Source of the DNA: Candidatus Moraniibacteriota bacterium
GTDB lineage: Bacteria > Patescibacteriota > Minisyncoccia > Moranbacterales > UBA1568
NCBI GenBank assembly: GCA_963743885.1
Contig: CAVURJ010000001.1
Span: 279,488-343,487 of the forward strand
Direction: 5' to 3'
Length of the DNA: 64,000 nt
Both the position numbers and the translations under genes were made by a program. Positions 23,127 to 32,807 of the stretch are shown here, piece by piece (the first letter of the stretch is position 1; each line of letters starts with the position of its first letter). The notes under the pieces were generated by a model that was not told where the DNA came from, did no database searches, and saw nothing but the letters and a program-made list of their open reading frames with translations.

Positions 23127-25490
23127 ATGGGACGGAAAAAAAAGGTAGAAGAACCAGCGGAAGAAGAGTCTATCATCGAGGAGATCCTTCATAGCGATGC
23201 GAAGCGAAGCATCGCGGCGGTGTTTCTGTTCGCGTTCGCGCTCCTGTTTCTGCTCGCGTATTTCGATGCAGCCGGCATGTTCGGCGGCTGGCTCGATACC
23301 GGCCTCGGTATGGCGCTCGGCTATGGCAAGTGGCTGTTTCCGATTCTTCTCTTCGCGGCTGGCATCATGTTTCTCCGCCACCGGGAGACGACGCTGGCGG
23401 ACAAGATCCGCTTCGCTGGGCTGGTCCTCGGCTTCTTCTCGATCCTCGGGCTGCTCCATCTCTATAGCGGTGATGGGACGGATGAGCTCATGAAGGTGGC
23501 ACGCGCTGGCCACGGTGGGGGATTCATCGGCTTCGGCTTTGCGTATGTCCTCGGTACGTTCACTGGTACAGTCGCGGGGACTATCATCCTTTTGGCACTC
23601 TTCGCTTCAGGCATCATCGCTGCGTTCAATGTCTCGCTTGTGAGGGCCGCAGAGCGTCTGCGTGAGAAATTCCGGCGTGCACCTGCACCGGAGGAAGCAG
23701 CTATTCCGGAAGGAGAGGCAGCAGAGGAAGCGCCGGCAGAGACACCTACTATCGAAGAGGTCTTCCAGGATGTGCCGATCGTATCAGCCAATGCGCTCGA
23801 GGCGAACAATATCCGCAATTTGCAGTTCAATGATGACACCGCTCCGAAGGAGATCGAGGAGACCGGTGATGATGATGCATCCGAAGATGATGAACCGGAA
23901 GAGCAGCCAGTGAAGCGCCGCAGGCGCCGGAGCGGCTACCGCTGGGAGCTGCCGTCGATCGATCTGCTTGAATCGACGACTGGCCAGGCGGTTGGCGGCG
24001 ATACGGAGCGCAACAAACATATTATCCAGAGCACGCTCAAGTATTTCGGTATCGAGGTGGATCCAGGAGAGGTGCGCGTTGGTCCGACCGTGACGCAGTA
24101 TACGTTCCGGCCGGCTTTCGGCGTGAAGCTTTCCCGCATCACAGCGCTTTCCGATGACTTGGCGCTCGCACTTGCAGCCCAGTCTATCCGTATCGAGGCG
24201 CCGATCCCGGGCCAGTCGCTCATCGGCATTGAGATACCGAACAAATCCGTCGCGACGGTGCGGCTCAAAGAGATTCTCGGAAGCCGGGAGTTTAAAGAAC
24301 GCAAGTCGCAGCTTCTGACGCTCGTGCTCGGCCAGGATGTGGCCGGCAAGCATGTCTTCGGCGATCTGCGCAAGATGCCGCACGTCCTCATCGCCGGCCG
24401 TACCGGCTCCGGCAAGAGCGTGTGCATCAATACACTTATCCTCTCGCTCCTGTATCAGTCGTCGCCTGAGGACCTCAAGCTCATTCTAGTCGACCCAAAG
24501 CGTGTCGAGCTTTCCGCTTACAAAGGTATCCCACACCTGAAGACCGACGTCATCGTCGATAACAAGAAGGTGGTGAATGTGCTCCGTTGGGCCGTGGGCG
24601 AGATGGAACGCCGGTACAAGTTGCTCGAAGCCGTGCATGCGCGCGATCTCCTGACGTATCGTGAAAAGTGCGCTCAGGGCGAGATGCGGACGCTCGTGGA
24701 CGCTGAGACTGGTAAGGTGACCGAAGAGAATCTCGAGCCGCTCCCGTACATCGTGATCATCATCGACGAGATGGCGGACCTCATGGTGGCGCATGGCAAG
24801 GAAGTGGAAGCGCTTATCATTCGTCTCGCGCAGATGTCCCGCGCTATCGGTGTCCACCTCGTCTTGGCGACGCAGCGTCCGAGCGTTGAGGTCATCACCG
24901 GTCTCATCAAGGCCAACATTCCGACCCGCGTAGCCTTCCAGGTGACGACGCAGATCGATTCGCGCACCATCCTCGATACGGGCGGCGCGGAGAAGCTCCT
25001 TGGGAACGGCGATATGCTGTATTCTTCCTCCGATGGCGGCGATATCAAACGTCTTCAGGGTGTGTTTGTCTCTGACGATGAGGTGAAGCGCGTGACAGCA
25101 TTCCTCCGCAAGCAGAAGGAAGAGGCCGGCGAGGACGAGATCGGCGAAGATTTCGGCGGTGAGGGCGAGCAGACGAGCATCACCGAAGCTATAGACTCGC
25201 TTGATGAGGGTGCAGGCAAGGACGATCTCTACGAGAAGGCGAAACTCCTGGTTGTCTCTACCGGGCGTGCTTCGACGACGTATCTCCAGACAGCCCTCGG
25301 CGTGGGCTATCCGCGCGGCGCGCGTCTCATGCATCTCCTTGAGGAGAACGGCGTGGTCGGCATGATTGATGGCAAGAAGCGCGTGCTTATGAGCGCGGCA
25401 GCAGTGCCAGCCGAAGATGATGAAGACGTGAAGAAATATGGCGATGACCATCTCGCTGAGCAGCAGGATCGGGATAAGTGGCAGATGTAA
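23127..25490 (+). CDS. ftsK: DNA translocase FtsK/SpoIIIE
   Basis: N-terminal 4TM, PHVLIAGRTGSGKS, DPKRVEL, IIDEMADLM, ATQRPS, gamma domain GYPRGARL. Confidence 0.95.
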   Translation: MGRKKKVEEPAEEESIIEEILHSDAKRSIAAVFLFAFALLFLLAYFDAAGMFGGWLDTGLGMALGYGKWLFPILLFAAGIMFLRHRETTLADKIRFAGLVLGFFSILGLLHLYSGDGTDELMKVARAGHGGGFIGFGFAYVLGTFTGTVAGTIILLALFASGIIAAFNVSLVRAAERLREKFRRAPAPEEAAIPEGEAAEEAPAETPTIEEVFQDVPIVSANALEANNIRNLQFNDDTAPKEIEETGDDDASEDDEPEEQPVKRRRRRSGYRWELPSIDLLESTTGQAVGGDTERNKHIIQSTLKYFGIEVDPGEVRVGPTVTQYTFRPAFGVKLSRITALSDDLALALAAQSIRIEAPIPGQSLIGIEIPNKSVATVRLKEILGSREFKERKSQLLTLVLGQDVAGKHVFGDLRKMPHVLIAGRTGSGKSVCINTLILSLLYQSSPEDLKLILVDPKRVELSAYKGIPHLKTDVIVDNKKVVNVLRWAVGEMERRYKLLEAVHARDLLTYREKCAQGEMRTLVDAETGKVTEENLEPLPYIVIIIDEMADLMVAHGKEVEALIIRLAQMSRAIGVHLVLATQRPSVEVITGLIKANIPTRVAFQVTTQIDSRTILDTGGAEKLLGNGDMLYSSSDGGDIKRLQGVFVSDDEVKRVTAFLRKQKEEAGEDEIGEDFGGEGEQTSITEAIDSLDEGAGKDDLYEKAKLLVVSTGRASTTYLQTALGVGYPRGARLMHLLEENGVVGMIDGKKRVLMSAAAVPAEDDEDVKKYGDDHLAEQQDRDKWQM

Positions 25491-25629
25491 GAGTGCGGTT
25501 GAATCCACCCGTATCCTACTGATCCTTTGTTCTGTTGTTTGAAATTATCCGGATGCTGACCTAAAGAAAAGAGCCTCCTGTTTCGGAGGCTTTTCTGTAT
25601 TCTCGGATTTTTTATGTGGATTATGCTGA

Positions 25630-25666
25630 CTCTGCACAATATACAGCGGTCGTGGTATATTATGCA
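25630..25666. repeat. 37-bp palindromic repeat upstream of the PaaX-like gene
   Basis: CTCTGCACAATATACAGCGGTCGTGGTATATTATGCA; 32/37 identical to 26390-26426. Confidence 0.8.
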
Positions 25667-25690
25667 TAGGTGAATAGTGATACAAAAAAT

Positions 25691-26296
25691 ATGAAAAGAA
25701 AGAAAATTACAGAGAGTAAAAAGGAGGATGCGGAGAAGAAGCGGGAGCGTCGTGCAGATATCCAGCGCGTACTTCTCGGGGTCGTGGGTGCAGCGGGACT
25801 GCTCAGCCTCGTATTACTGGCGCCCAATGCTGTCCAGGTGCTCAAGCTATTCAAGAGGAGGAATCCGCGGTATCGTTCTCCTCGCTATATCAACGGTGTG
25901 GCCGGAAAGCTGCAAAAGAAAGGTTGGCTTCGGGTTGAGAGGCGTGGTGGCAAATCGTTTTTGCGGCTGACGGAAAAGGGTGAATGGGAGCTTCTGAAAT
26001 ACAAGTTGCAGGAAAAGACGCTTCAGAAGAAAAAATGGGACGGAAAGTGGCGATTGGTTATCTTTGACATCAAAGAATCGAAACGGCTGCTTCGTGATCG
26101 GATCCGAACGGATATCGTCACGTTCGGATTCGTGCGTTTGCAGGATAGTGTATGGGTCTATCCGCATGATTGTGAAGATCTCATCGTGCTATTGAAGGCT
26201 CACTGTAAGATCGGCAAAGAAGTTTTGTATGTGATATCCGAGAAGATTGAGAATGACGGTTGGCTTAAGAAAAAGTTCAGTCTTGTTTCAGAATAA
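25691..26296 (+). CDS. PaaX-family protein (winged helix + Cas2-like central domain)
   Basis: L.KKGW....LTEKG; KWDGKWRLVIFDI.E..R..RD.IR....GF..LQ.SVWVYP. Confidence 0.8.
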   Translation: MKRKKITESKKEDAEKKRERRADIQRVLLGVVGAAGLLSLVLLAPNAVQVLKLFKRRNPRYRSPRYINGVAGKLQKKGWLRVERRGGKSFLRLTEKGEWELLKYKLQEKTLQKKKWDGKWRLVIFDIKESKRLLRDRIRTDIVTFGFVRLQDSVWVYPHDCEDLIVLLKAHCKIGKEVLYVISEKIENDGWLKKKFSLVSE

Positions 26297-26302
26297 TAGA
26301 AT

Positions 26303-26427
26303 GCTCAGCACTCAACGGTCGTTGTAGAGTATGCAGCTGTTATGGCGACCAGGATAGAAAGTTAGTGAAAAAGTATGGTGGTGTGGTTGCTCTGCATAAT
26401 ACTTAGCGGTCGTGGTATGTTATGCAG
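26303..26427. repeat. Two further copies of the palindromic repeat (26303-26336 degenerate; 26390-26427)
   Basis: Shared core CGGTCGT and TATGCAG arm. Confidence 0.75.
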
Positions 26428-26560
26428 TGGTGTGGAGAATGGGAGAGTGGAAAAGAAACGGGAGGGAGAGAGGAAAATGGGAATTGTAGAGGGGCACGGT
26501 TTTTGACAAAAGCATCGGGGGGGGGTGATAATGGGGGTATAATCCGTAGATTATCGAGAT

Positions 26561-27508
26561 ATGCCAGGATTTGAAGTCAGACAGAAGAATGATCCGAAAG
26601 CGGAACAGCGAGTAGATACGAGCTTTATCGATCTAGTTGAGGGGAGATTGGATAAGTCATCGGAACAGCCGTCTGATATGAAGGAAGCGGCACGGCAGGC
26701 AGAAGCTGCGCGTGCGGAAGTCGCCGAGCAGGCGGCAGCCCAAGAGTCGGCGGATGCGGCCGCGGCACAGGAGATACTCGCACGAATTAAGAGTACGCCG
26801 GATATGCGGTTGGATGTGGTTCCAGAAGATGGTCGCGTAGCTGATGGTGAAAAGGCTCTTGCTGAAGCATCTTTGATTAACCAGTATGTAGATAGGAGAA
26901 GCGCTGATGGTAAGCCGCTTGATGCTGAGGCATTGAGGAATCTAGGCCAGATGCAATCGGAAGAAGTCGATAAGAGAATCGCAGGCTTGAACACGGAAGC
27001 GGGAAAGAAATATCTGTCTGGTGAGTTATCGCCGGCTGTCGAGGTAACAGAACAGGTGGTCGAAGTCAAGACTGAGTCATTGCAGGAGTTGCCACAGGAC
27101 CCTGAAAGTATACAGGCTGGCGAGGAAGCGCTTGAATATGTCTCTGTAATCCCGGAGTCATGGAAAGGGGAAAATACGCGCAATCTTTCCATATCTGATA
27201 GGCGCGGGTTTGAAGCCGCCCTGGAGACGAAGAAATTTTCAAACAAGAATGTCCGGAGAAAGATTGCTTTGGCATCGGCTTCCGGCGCTTTAGCGTCTTT
27301 CGGCGGTGGCGCAGCGACTATGATTTTTCAAGGATCGGGTGCAGCGGCAGTAGCTGGTAATCTTACGCTCGGTGGTGCAATGATGCTCGGTGGAGCTGGC
27401 GGATTCCTCATTTTGGGGGCTGCTGGGTATGGTGCCAAGAAGCTTTGGGATAGGTATAAGGAACGGAAGGCGCGGAAGAATTTCGAAAAAGCTTCTGGAC
27501 GCGCGTAG
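26561..27508 (+). CDS. Hypothetical protein with a C-terminal glycine-rich TM hairpin
   Basis: Acidic helical N-terminus, Gly-zipper-like TMs. Confidence 0.7.
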   Translation: MPGFEVRQKNDPKAEQRVDTSFIDLVEGRLDKSSEQPSDMKEAARQAEAARAEVAEQAAAQESADAAAAQEILARIKSTPDMRLDVVPEDGRVADGEKALAEASLINQYVDRRSADGKPLDAEALRNLGQMQSEEVDKRIAGLNTEAGKKYLSGELSPAVEVTEQVVEVKTESLQELPQDPESIQAGEEALEYVSVIPESWKGENTRNLSISDRRGFEAALETKKFSNKNVRRKIALASASGALASFGGGAATMIFQGSGAAAVAGNLTLGGAMMLGGAGGFLILGAAGYGAKKLWDRYKERKARKNFEKASGRA

Positions 27509-27733
27509 AATAAGCTGGAGCGTTCGCATAGAGAGAGCATTACGAAAGTGATGTTCTTTTGCTTTTCTAAAAGGCTTTTCTGGTAGCGGAATATATGGTA
27601 CAGTGAAGGCAAATGTAACAGCTGTTTAGCTTGTAGTTGCATTGGCTTCGTTAGCTTTTTTACTCAAGAAAGCGGTGCGAACGGCTGGCTAATGAAGCTG
27701 ACGAAGCTAGAGAAGCTAATGAAGCTGATAACT

Positions 27734-28720
27734 ATGGTTGATTCCGGTTTTACCAGGAAAAAAGTTGAGTCGCTGACACTCGGGGAGAAGCTTCGGAAGC
27801 TCCGGAATGATTCTCGGACGAGTCTTCAGGAAGTCTCCAAGGCGACGCGCATCCAGGCGAAATATCTCGAGTCTCTCGAGAACGGCGAGTACGGCAAATT
27901 GCCGGCGGATGTCTATGTGCGCGGATTCCTTAGGAGCTATGCCCGCTATCTCAATATTGATGAGCAGGTCTTCATCCGGCTCTATGAGCGTGAGCGCAAT
28001 ATCCAAGCCAATCTCGGCCGCGATACAGGATCCGTTCATGCGAAGCGGGAAGTTTCCATCTCCTCGATTGTCATTACGCCGCGCGCCGTTGCCATAGTAC
28101 TGATCGCCTGTATGGTTGGCGGAGCTTTTTTCTATCTGTACCGAGAGTTCCGGAGCTTCACTTCAGCGCCATACCTCATCATTACTGAACCTGCGCAGAG
28201 TAGCACGGTCGCTTCCGGCGAAGTGGTGGTGCGCGGCAAGACCGATCGTGGCGCGCGGCTCTCCATCAACGGACAGTCGGTTTTCGTAGGCGATGACGGT
28301 AGTTTTTCCGAGGCGCTCCTCTTACAGCCTGGGCTCAATATGGTCTCTGTGGTGTCGGTCAATCGTTTCGACAAGGAACGGACCGAGACGATCGCGATCG
28401 AAGCCGAGTATATTCCGGTTCCGGCGGACCAGTCATCTGAAGGGGCAGTTGTTTCTGGAGAGACATTTTTCATCGAGATTTCTGTCGAAGGGGAGGCGGC
28501 GAATGTGTCGGTCCTGGCTGATGGCGTGGCGGTTTTTTCCGGCCAGGTCCGGACGGGCGAGATGAAGCGCATCGAGGGGAAGGAGAGAATTGAAGTGACG
28601 TCCGATCATGGAGAGCGCACGTTTGTCACTGATGCTACTGGCAAGCGGCAGGTCTTGTCGGAAACTGCCGGATTGGCTAAGGATAAAGCTTTTTTCCCGA
28701 CAGAGAAAAAAGAAGAATAG
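27734..28720 (+). CDS. RodZ-like HTH membrane protein
   Basis: LGEKLRKLR..IQAKYL..LENG.Y..LP..VYVRGFLRSYA.YL, TM, Ig-like domain. Confidence 0.8.
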   Translation: MVDSGFTRKKVESLTLGEKLRKLRNDSRTSLQEVSKATRIQAKYLESLENGEYGKLPADVYVRGFLRSYARYLNIDEQVFIRLYERERNIQANLGRDTGSVHAKREVSISSIVITPRAVAIVLIACMVGGAFFYLYREFRSFTSAPYLIITEPAQSSTVASGEVVVRGKTDRGARLSINGQSVFVGDDGSFSEALLLQPGLNMVSVVSVNRFDKERTETIAIEAEYIPVPADQSSEGAVVSGETFFIEISVEGEAANVSVLADGVAVFSGQVRTGEMKRIEGKERIEVTSDHGERTFVTDATGKRQVLSETAGLAKDKAFFPTEKKEE

Positions 28721-28888
28721 GCTTTTGTGCTTGAGGTATAGACAGGATTTCAGCATGTATGTTACTATGTAAGTGAAGTAAACAAGAGAGTTTATAAAGT
28801 TTTTCAAGTTCCTAAAGTTTATAAAGTCCTCACACTCTCTACAAACTTGATAGACTTTATAACTTTATAAACTTATAAATAAAATACT

Positions 28889-29926
28889 ATGGCCAAGGAA
28901 ACAAAGCCGGCGGCAGGGGAGAAGAACAAGATCGATAGCGTGCTCGATGCTATCCAAGAGAAGTACGGCGAGGGGATGATGATGAAGCTCGGCGATGTCC
29001 GCAAGGTGGACGTGGAGGTGATCCCGTCCGGCTCGATCTCGCTCGATATCGCGCTCGGGATCGGCGGCGTGCCACGTGGTCGCGTCATCGAAGTGTACGG
29101 TCCGGAGTCATCCGGCAAGACGACGCTTTCGCTCCATATCGTAGCCAATGCTCAGCGAGCAGGCGGCGTAGCGGCGTTTGTGGATGCCGAGCACGCGCTT
29201 GATCCGGAGTACGCCAAGCGTATTGGTGTGAATATCAATGATCTGCTCATCTCGCAGCCGGACAACGGCGAGCAGGCGCTCGATATCGTCGAGACGCTCG
29301 TACGTTCCAATATGGTGGATGTGATCGTCGTCGACTCGGTGGCGGCACTTGTACCGAAGGCGGAAATCGAGGGTGAGATGGGGGACCAGCATGTCGGCCG
29401 CCAGGCGCGGCTCATGTCGCAGGCGCTCAGGAAGCTCACGGCGATCATCGCCCGTTCCAACTCGACGGTCATCTTCATCAATCAGATCCGTATGAAGATC
29501 GGCGTCATGTTTGGCAACCCGGAGACGACGACCGGCGGCAACGCACTCAAGTTCTATTCGTCCGTTCGTCTCGAGGTGCGCCGCAGTGCGCAGATTAAGC
29601 GCGGCGAGGAAATTGTCGGCAACCGCACCAAAGTGAAGGTGGTCAAGAACAAGGTAGCAGCCCCGTTCCGCACCGCGGAATTTGATATCATGTATAACGA
29701 GGGTATCTCGCATGCGGGTGACACGCTCGATACAGGTGTCCAGTATGAAGTCGTCAAAAAATCAGGAAACTCGTTCGCATATGGCGAGGTGAAGCTCGGC
29801 GTGGGTCGCGAGAACGCCAAGAAGTTCCTCAAGGAGAACCCGAAGATCGAGAAGGAGATTGAGAAGGGGATCTTGAAGCAGGTGAAGGACGGCGTCGTGA
29901 AGGTGAAAGCCGAAGTCGCTGAATAA
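28889..29926 (+). CDS. recA: Recombinase A
   Basis: [39 protein letters not shown]. Confidence 0.99.
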   Translation: MAKETKPAAGEKNKIDSVLDAIQEKYGEGMMMKLGDVRKVDVEVIPSGSISLDIALGIGGVPRGRVIEVYGPESSGKTTLSLHIVANAQRAGGVAAFVDAEHALDPEYAKRIGVNINDLLISQPDNGEQALDIVETLVRSNMVDVIVVDSVAALVPKAEIEGEMGDQHVGRQARLMSQALRKLTAIIARSNSTVIFINQIRMKIGVMFGNPETTTGGNALKFYSSVRLEVRRSAQIKRGEEIVGNRTKVKVVKNKVAAPFRTAEFDIMYNEGISHAGDTLDTGVQYEVVKKSGNSFAYGEVKLGVGRENAKKFLKENPKIEKEIEKGILKQVKDGVVKVKAEVAE

Positions 29927-29930
29927 TAGT

Positions 29931-30083
29931 TTTGAATTACGAAACCCCGTTCTTAGTTGTCATTCCCGCCCGCCTAGACGTCGAGGCTGGCGTAGGCGGG
30001 AATCCAGGTTCCCTCTGATAAGCTATACCTCTGGATCCCGGGTCAAGCCCGGGATGACAGAAAAAAGAGTTTCATAATTCAAA
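29931..30083. repeat. REP-like doublet (GTCATTCCCG..GGGAATCCA / TGGATCCCGG..GGGATGAC) carrying a 22-bp insert
   Basis: Inverted REP pair within outer IR TTTGAATTACGAAAC/GTTTCATAATTCAAA. Confidence 0.8.
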
Positions 30084-30168
30084 GTAATCAAGGGAATCAA
30101 GACGATTGTAAAAAAAGAGACGCCTCAGGCTTGCCGAGAGGCGTCTTTTTCGTGCCAGCTGATCGCTG

Positions 30169-30678
30169 TCAGCAAGCACAAACACTGCCGCGATGTTCTT
30201 CGCAGTGGTGCAGATGGTGGAGATCTGACGGGAGGAGGCCGAGTGCCTCATTGAGCGTCACGATGCGCCGTTCCGGGGTGAGGATGATGCGGGCATCGAG
30301 GTCGATTTCCTGTTTGGGAAACGTCGAACGCAGGTGCTTTGCAGCACCATCTAGCACCCGCTTGAGGGTTTTGATCTGGTAGGCAAGGTCATGTTCCGGA
30401 CTTTCGCCGATTCGCTGCCATTGCTTCAACTTGTTGAATTGGCAGTCGGTATGCGGAAAGACGTGGATATGCGTTGCCCGGGCGATCATGACGAGTCCGT
30501 CGAGCTGTTCATAGAAGAATGCCCGGCAGCTGCCCATGGTCATGGCGTGGACCCCGCCGATAGGGCGGTCAGACTCGAGGACGGTATGGCCCTCGTCGAG
30601 AATTTTTTGTTCGAAGGCTTGAAGTATCGGGGTTAGCCGACTATCGTAGCAAGTGATGATGACGTGCCGTTCTCCCAC
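30169..30678 (-). CDS. Hypothetical protein, beta-carbonic-anhydrase-like metal motif
   Basis: TCYDSRL and HTDC match the C-x-D-x-R and H-x-x-C pattern; AAGGAG upstream. Confidence 0.55.
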   Translation of the reverse strand: MGERHVIITCYDSRLTPILQAFEQKILDEGHTVLESDRPIGGVHAMTMGSCRAFFYEQLDGLVMIARATHIHVFPHTDCQFNKLKQWQRIGESPEHDLAYQIKTLKRVLDGAAKHLRSTFPKQEIDLDARIILTPERRIVTLNEALGLLPSDLHHLHHCEEHRGSVCAC

Positions 30679-30870
30679 GGTAAATCTCCTTGTTTGAGGA
30701 AGTTGTTAAATGACGCTATAGAAAACAAAAAAGTGATAATGCCACGGGATGTTCCCTACGGATGGGACCGAAAAGAAAATCAGGTAACACTACCAACCGA
30801 CTTATGATACTGAAGAGTGCTTTTTGTGTCAACCCCGCGCTATTCTAGCGTATGCTATAATGTCTTTGCT

Positions 30871-32154
30871 ATGGGAAAACACATATCCAAAGTATCTTTT
30901 GTTGTCTGTTTCGGCGCCGCGATTGCGTTCGCTGGGTTTTTGTTCATGGGGAGTCGGCCGGCGTATGCCGTAGAGAGTGCGGATGAGATCGAAAACGATA
31001 TCAGCAAGATCGAGAAGAAGTATGAAAAGGAGATGGCCGAACTCAAGGCGCTCCAGAAGGATCTCGGTCAGATCAATTCTTCGCTGACATCGACGCAACA
31101 GCTGATCCAGCGTACTCAGACGCTCCTCAATCAGACGGCTCAGACGATCAGTCAGAAGGAAGCGGAGATCGTCAATCTGGAGAACCAACTCCGGCTCGAG
31201 AAGAGCGTGCTCAAGGGGCTGATCCAAGAGCTGTACTTCGCCGAGACTGTACCGCTTGCGGAAGTGATGCTTGATCATGCCGAGCTCATCAGTCTCCTCC
31301 AGGGGAAGGATAATCTGCTTTCCACCCAAGAGAGGATGCAGGAGGTTATCCGGAGCATCAATGAGATGAGAGGGAAGGTCCTGGGCGAGAAGGCGTCTCT
31401 TGAGGATGTGAAGCAGGATCATGAAGAGTTGATCATCCTCAAGAACAAGCAGAAGCAGTCTCTAGCAGCGCAGAAAGTCGATGTGCAGGCGGATGTCAAC
31501 GAGCAGGAAGCGACTGTTGCGGAACTCCAGGAGAAGCTCGCCGAATTGAAGAGTGATCTCTCTGTGCTCACCGGAAAGTCGTACAATGCGAAGGATATCA
31601 AGGAAGCGGTTGAATTTGCGAGCGGTAAGACCGGCGTTCCGAAAGGGGTTCTCTACGGATTTTTGAAGATGGAGACCAATCTCGGTGCCAATACTGGCCA
31701 GTGTACATACAAGGATGTCGAGAAGGTCGCCGTGGCGCGGTACAAGAAGTACGGGAGTAAATACAAGTCATCTATTGCGCTCCTCTACAAGCGTCAGGAC
31801 ATCTTCTATAGTCTTGTCGATGACCTCGGCTACAGCAAGGACAAGAAGGTCTCGTGTTCGCCGAGCGGCTATGTGGGTCAAGGCGGGGCAATGGGCGTAT
31901 CGCAGTTCATGTCTGATGTATGGAGCGGGTATGCGTCGCAGATCCGGTCGTATACCGGACACAAGACGCCTGATCCATGGAATCTGACCGATGGCGTGAT
32001 GGCGATGTCACTCAAGCTCAAGAAGGCGGGAGCGACATCTGATAGCGCGGCCGCTATCAAGAAGGCCTCGATCAATTATCTAGGGACCTACTACGCGAAT
32101 TATTACAATGGCATCGTCTACTGGTCCAAGAATTACAAGAAGCTGTTCGAATAA
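30871..32154 (+). CDS. Coiled-coil + lytic transglycosylase-like cell-wall protein
   Basis: Signal/TM, long coiled coil, ETNLG, GAMGVSQFM..W, DPWN. Confidence 0.75.
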   Translation: MGKHISKVSFVVCFGAAIAFAGFLFMGSRPAYAVESADEIENDISKIEKKYEKEMAELKALQKDLGQINSSLTSTQQLIQRTQTLLNQTAQTISQKEAEIVNLENQLRLEKSVLKGLIQELYFAETVPLAEVMLDHAELISLLQGKDNLLSTQERMQEVIRSINEMRGKVLGEKASLEDVKQDHEELIILKNKQKQSLAAQKVDVQADVNEQEATVAELQEKLAELKSDLSVLTGKSYNAKDIKEAVEFASGKTGVPKGVLYGFLKMETNLGANTGQCTYKDVEKVAVARYKKYGSKYKSSIALLYKRQDIFYSLVDDLGYSKDKKVSCSPSGYVGQGGAMGVSQFMSDVWSGYASQIRSYTGHKTPDPWNLTDGVMAMSLKLKKAGATSDSAAAIKKASINYLGTYYANYYNGIVYWSKNYKKLFE

Positions 32155-32175
32155 GGAGGCAGCTAGAGTCGATTC

Positions 32176-32204
32176 TTGACCAGAAAGCGTGTTTTCCCTA
32201 TACT
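32176..32204 (+). promoter_or_regulatory. sigma70 promoter of an unannotated transcript
   Basis: TTGACC-17-TATACT. Confidence 0.65.
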
Positions 32205-32210
32205 GGGCCT

Positions 32211-32610
32211 AATTGTTCTTTGAGCAGGAAACGGTACCGAAGGCAGCGATGAGAGCGGGAATATCCTTTTCTCTTCACTGTCCTCGGCATCTATGAGGCA
32301 GTAAGCCGGTTGGGCCATCGGTCGTCGTGTCGCCATCAAGATGGACACGAACCGAAAGCTCCGCCACTTTTCATCGGTCACTACGGAGGAATCCAGACCA
32401 TGAAGAAACATGCCATCCCCGCGCCCCGGGGTTCTCCTGCGATCGCCCCCGCCTCGTTCGTCGCCAACAGTCTGGCCGCCGACGGTTCCTAGTACGACAC
32501 GCAAGGAACCAAGTCCCCTCCGTAACGGCACGGAGGGCAACCAATCTGCTCCCGGAACATCGGGACCCCCTGCCCTGTGGACTTCACGTTCACAGGGCAC
32601 TTACTTTTTG
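32211..32610 (+). ncRNA. Candidate structured RNA with a possible 30-aa ORF (32400-32492)
   Basis: Consecutive hairpins, terminator-like end, GGAGGA before ATG. Confidence 0.45.
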
Positions 32611-32627
32611 CGGCGATATTTAGGGTC

Positions 32628-32807
32628 TTGCCAAAGTCAGGCTTATCTGGTAGACTCTTTAAACAACTGAGAAAGTCCGACATCCGTCCCGCTTGCGCCC
32701 TTGTGGCAGAGACCAGGAAGGATACGCTCCCGTAGCAGAGGATTTTCTTTGTTGACGGGGTTTTTGTACCATAATTCATAAATCGTAAATCATAATTCAT
32801 CATATCT
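32628..32807 (+). promoter_or_regulatory. rpsF promoter and leader (possible S6:S18-type leader)
   Basis: TTGCCA-17-TAGACT; structured leader; leader class inferred from position only. Confidence 0.45.

Noticed and set aside
25630-26427. CRISPR array with cas2
   Set aside because: Only three degenerate, irregularly spaced repeats and no cas1 or effector genes; the protein is PaaX-like
32211-32740. tmRNA or RNase P RNA
   Set aside because: No tRNA-like ends; only fragmentary look-alikes (GAGAAAGTCCG, TAAGCCGG) in incompatible orientation
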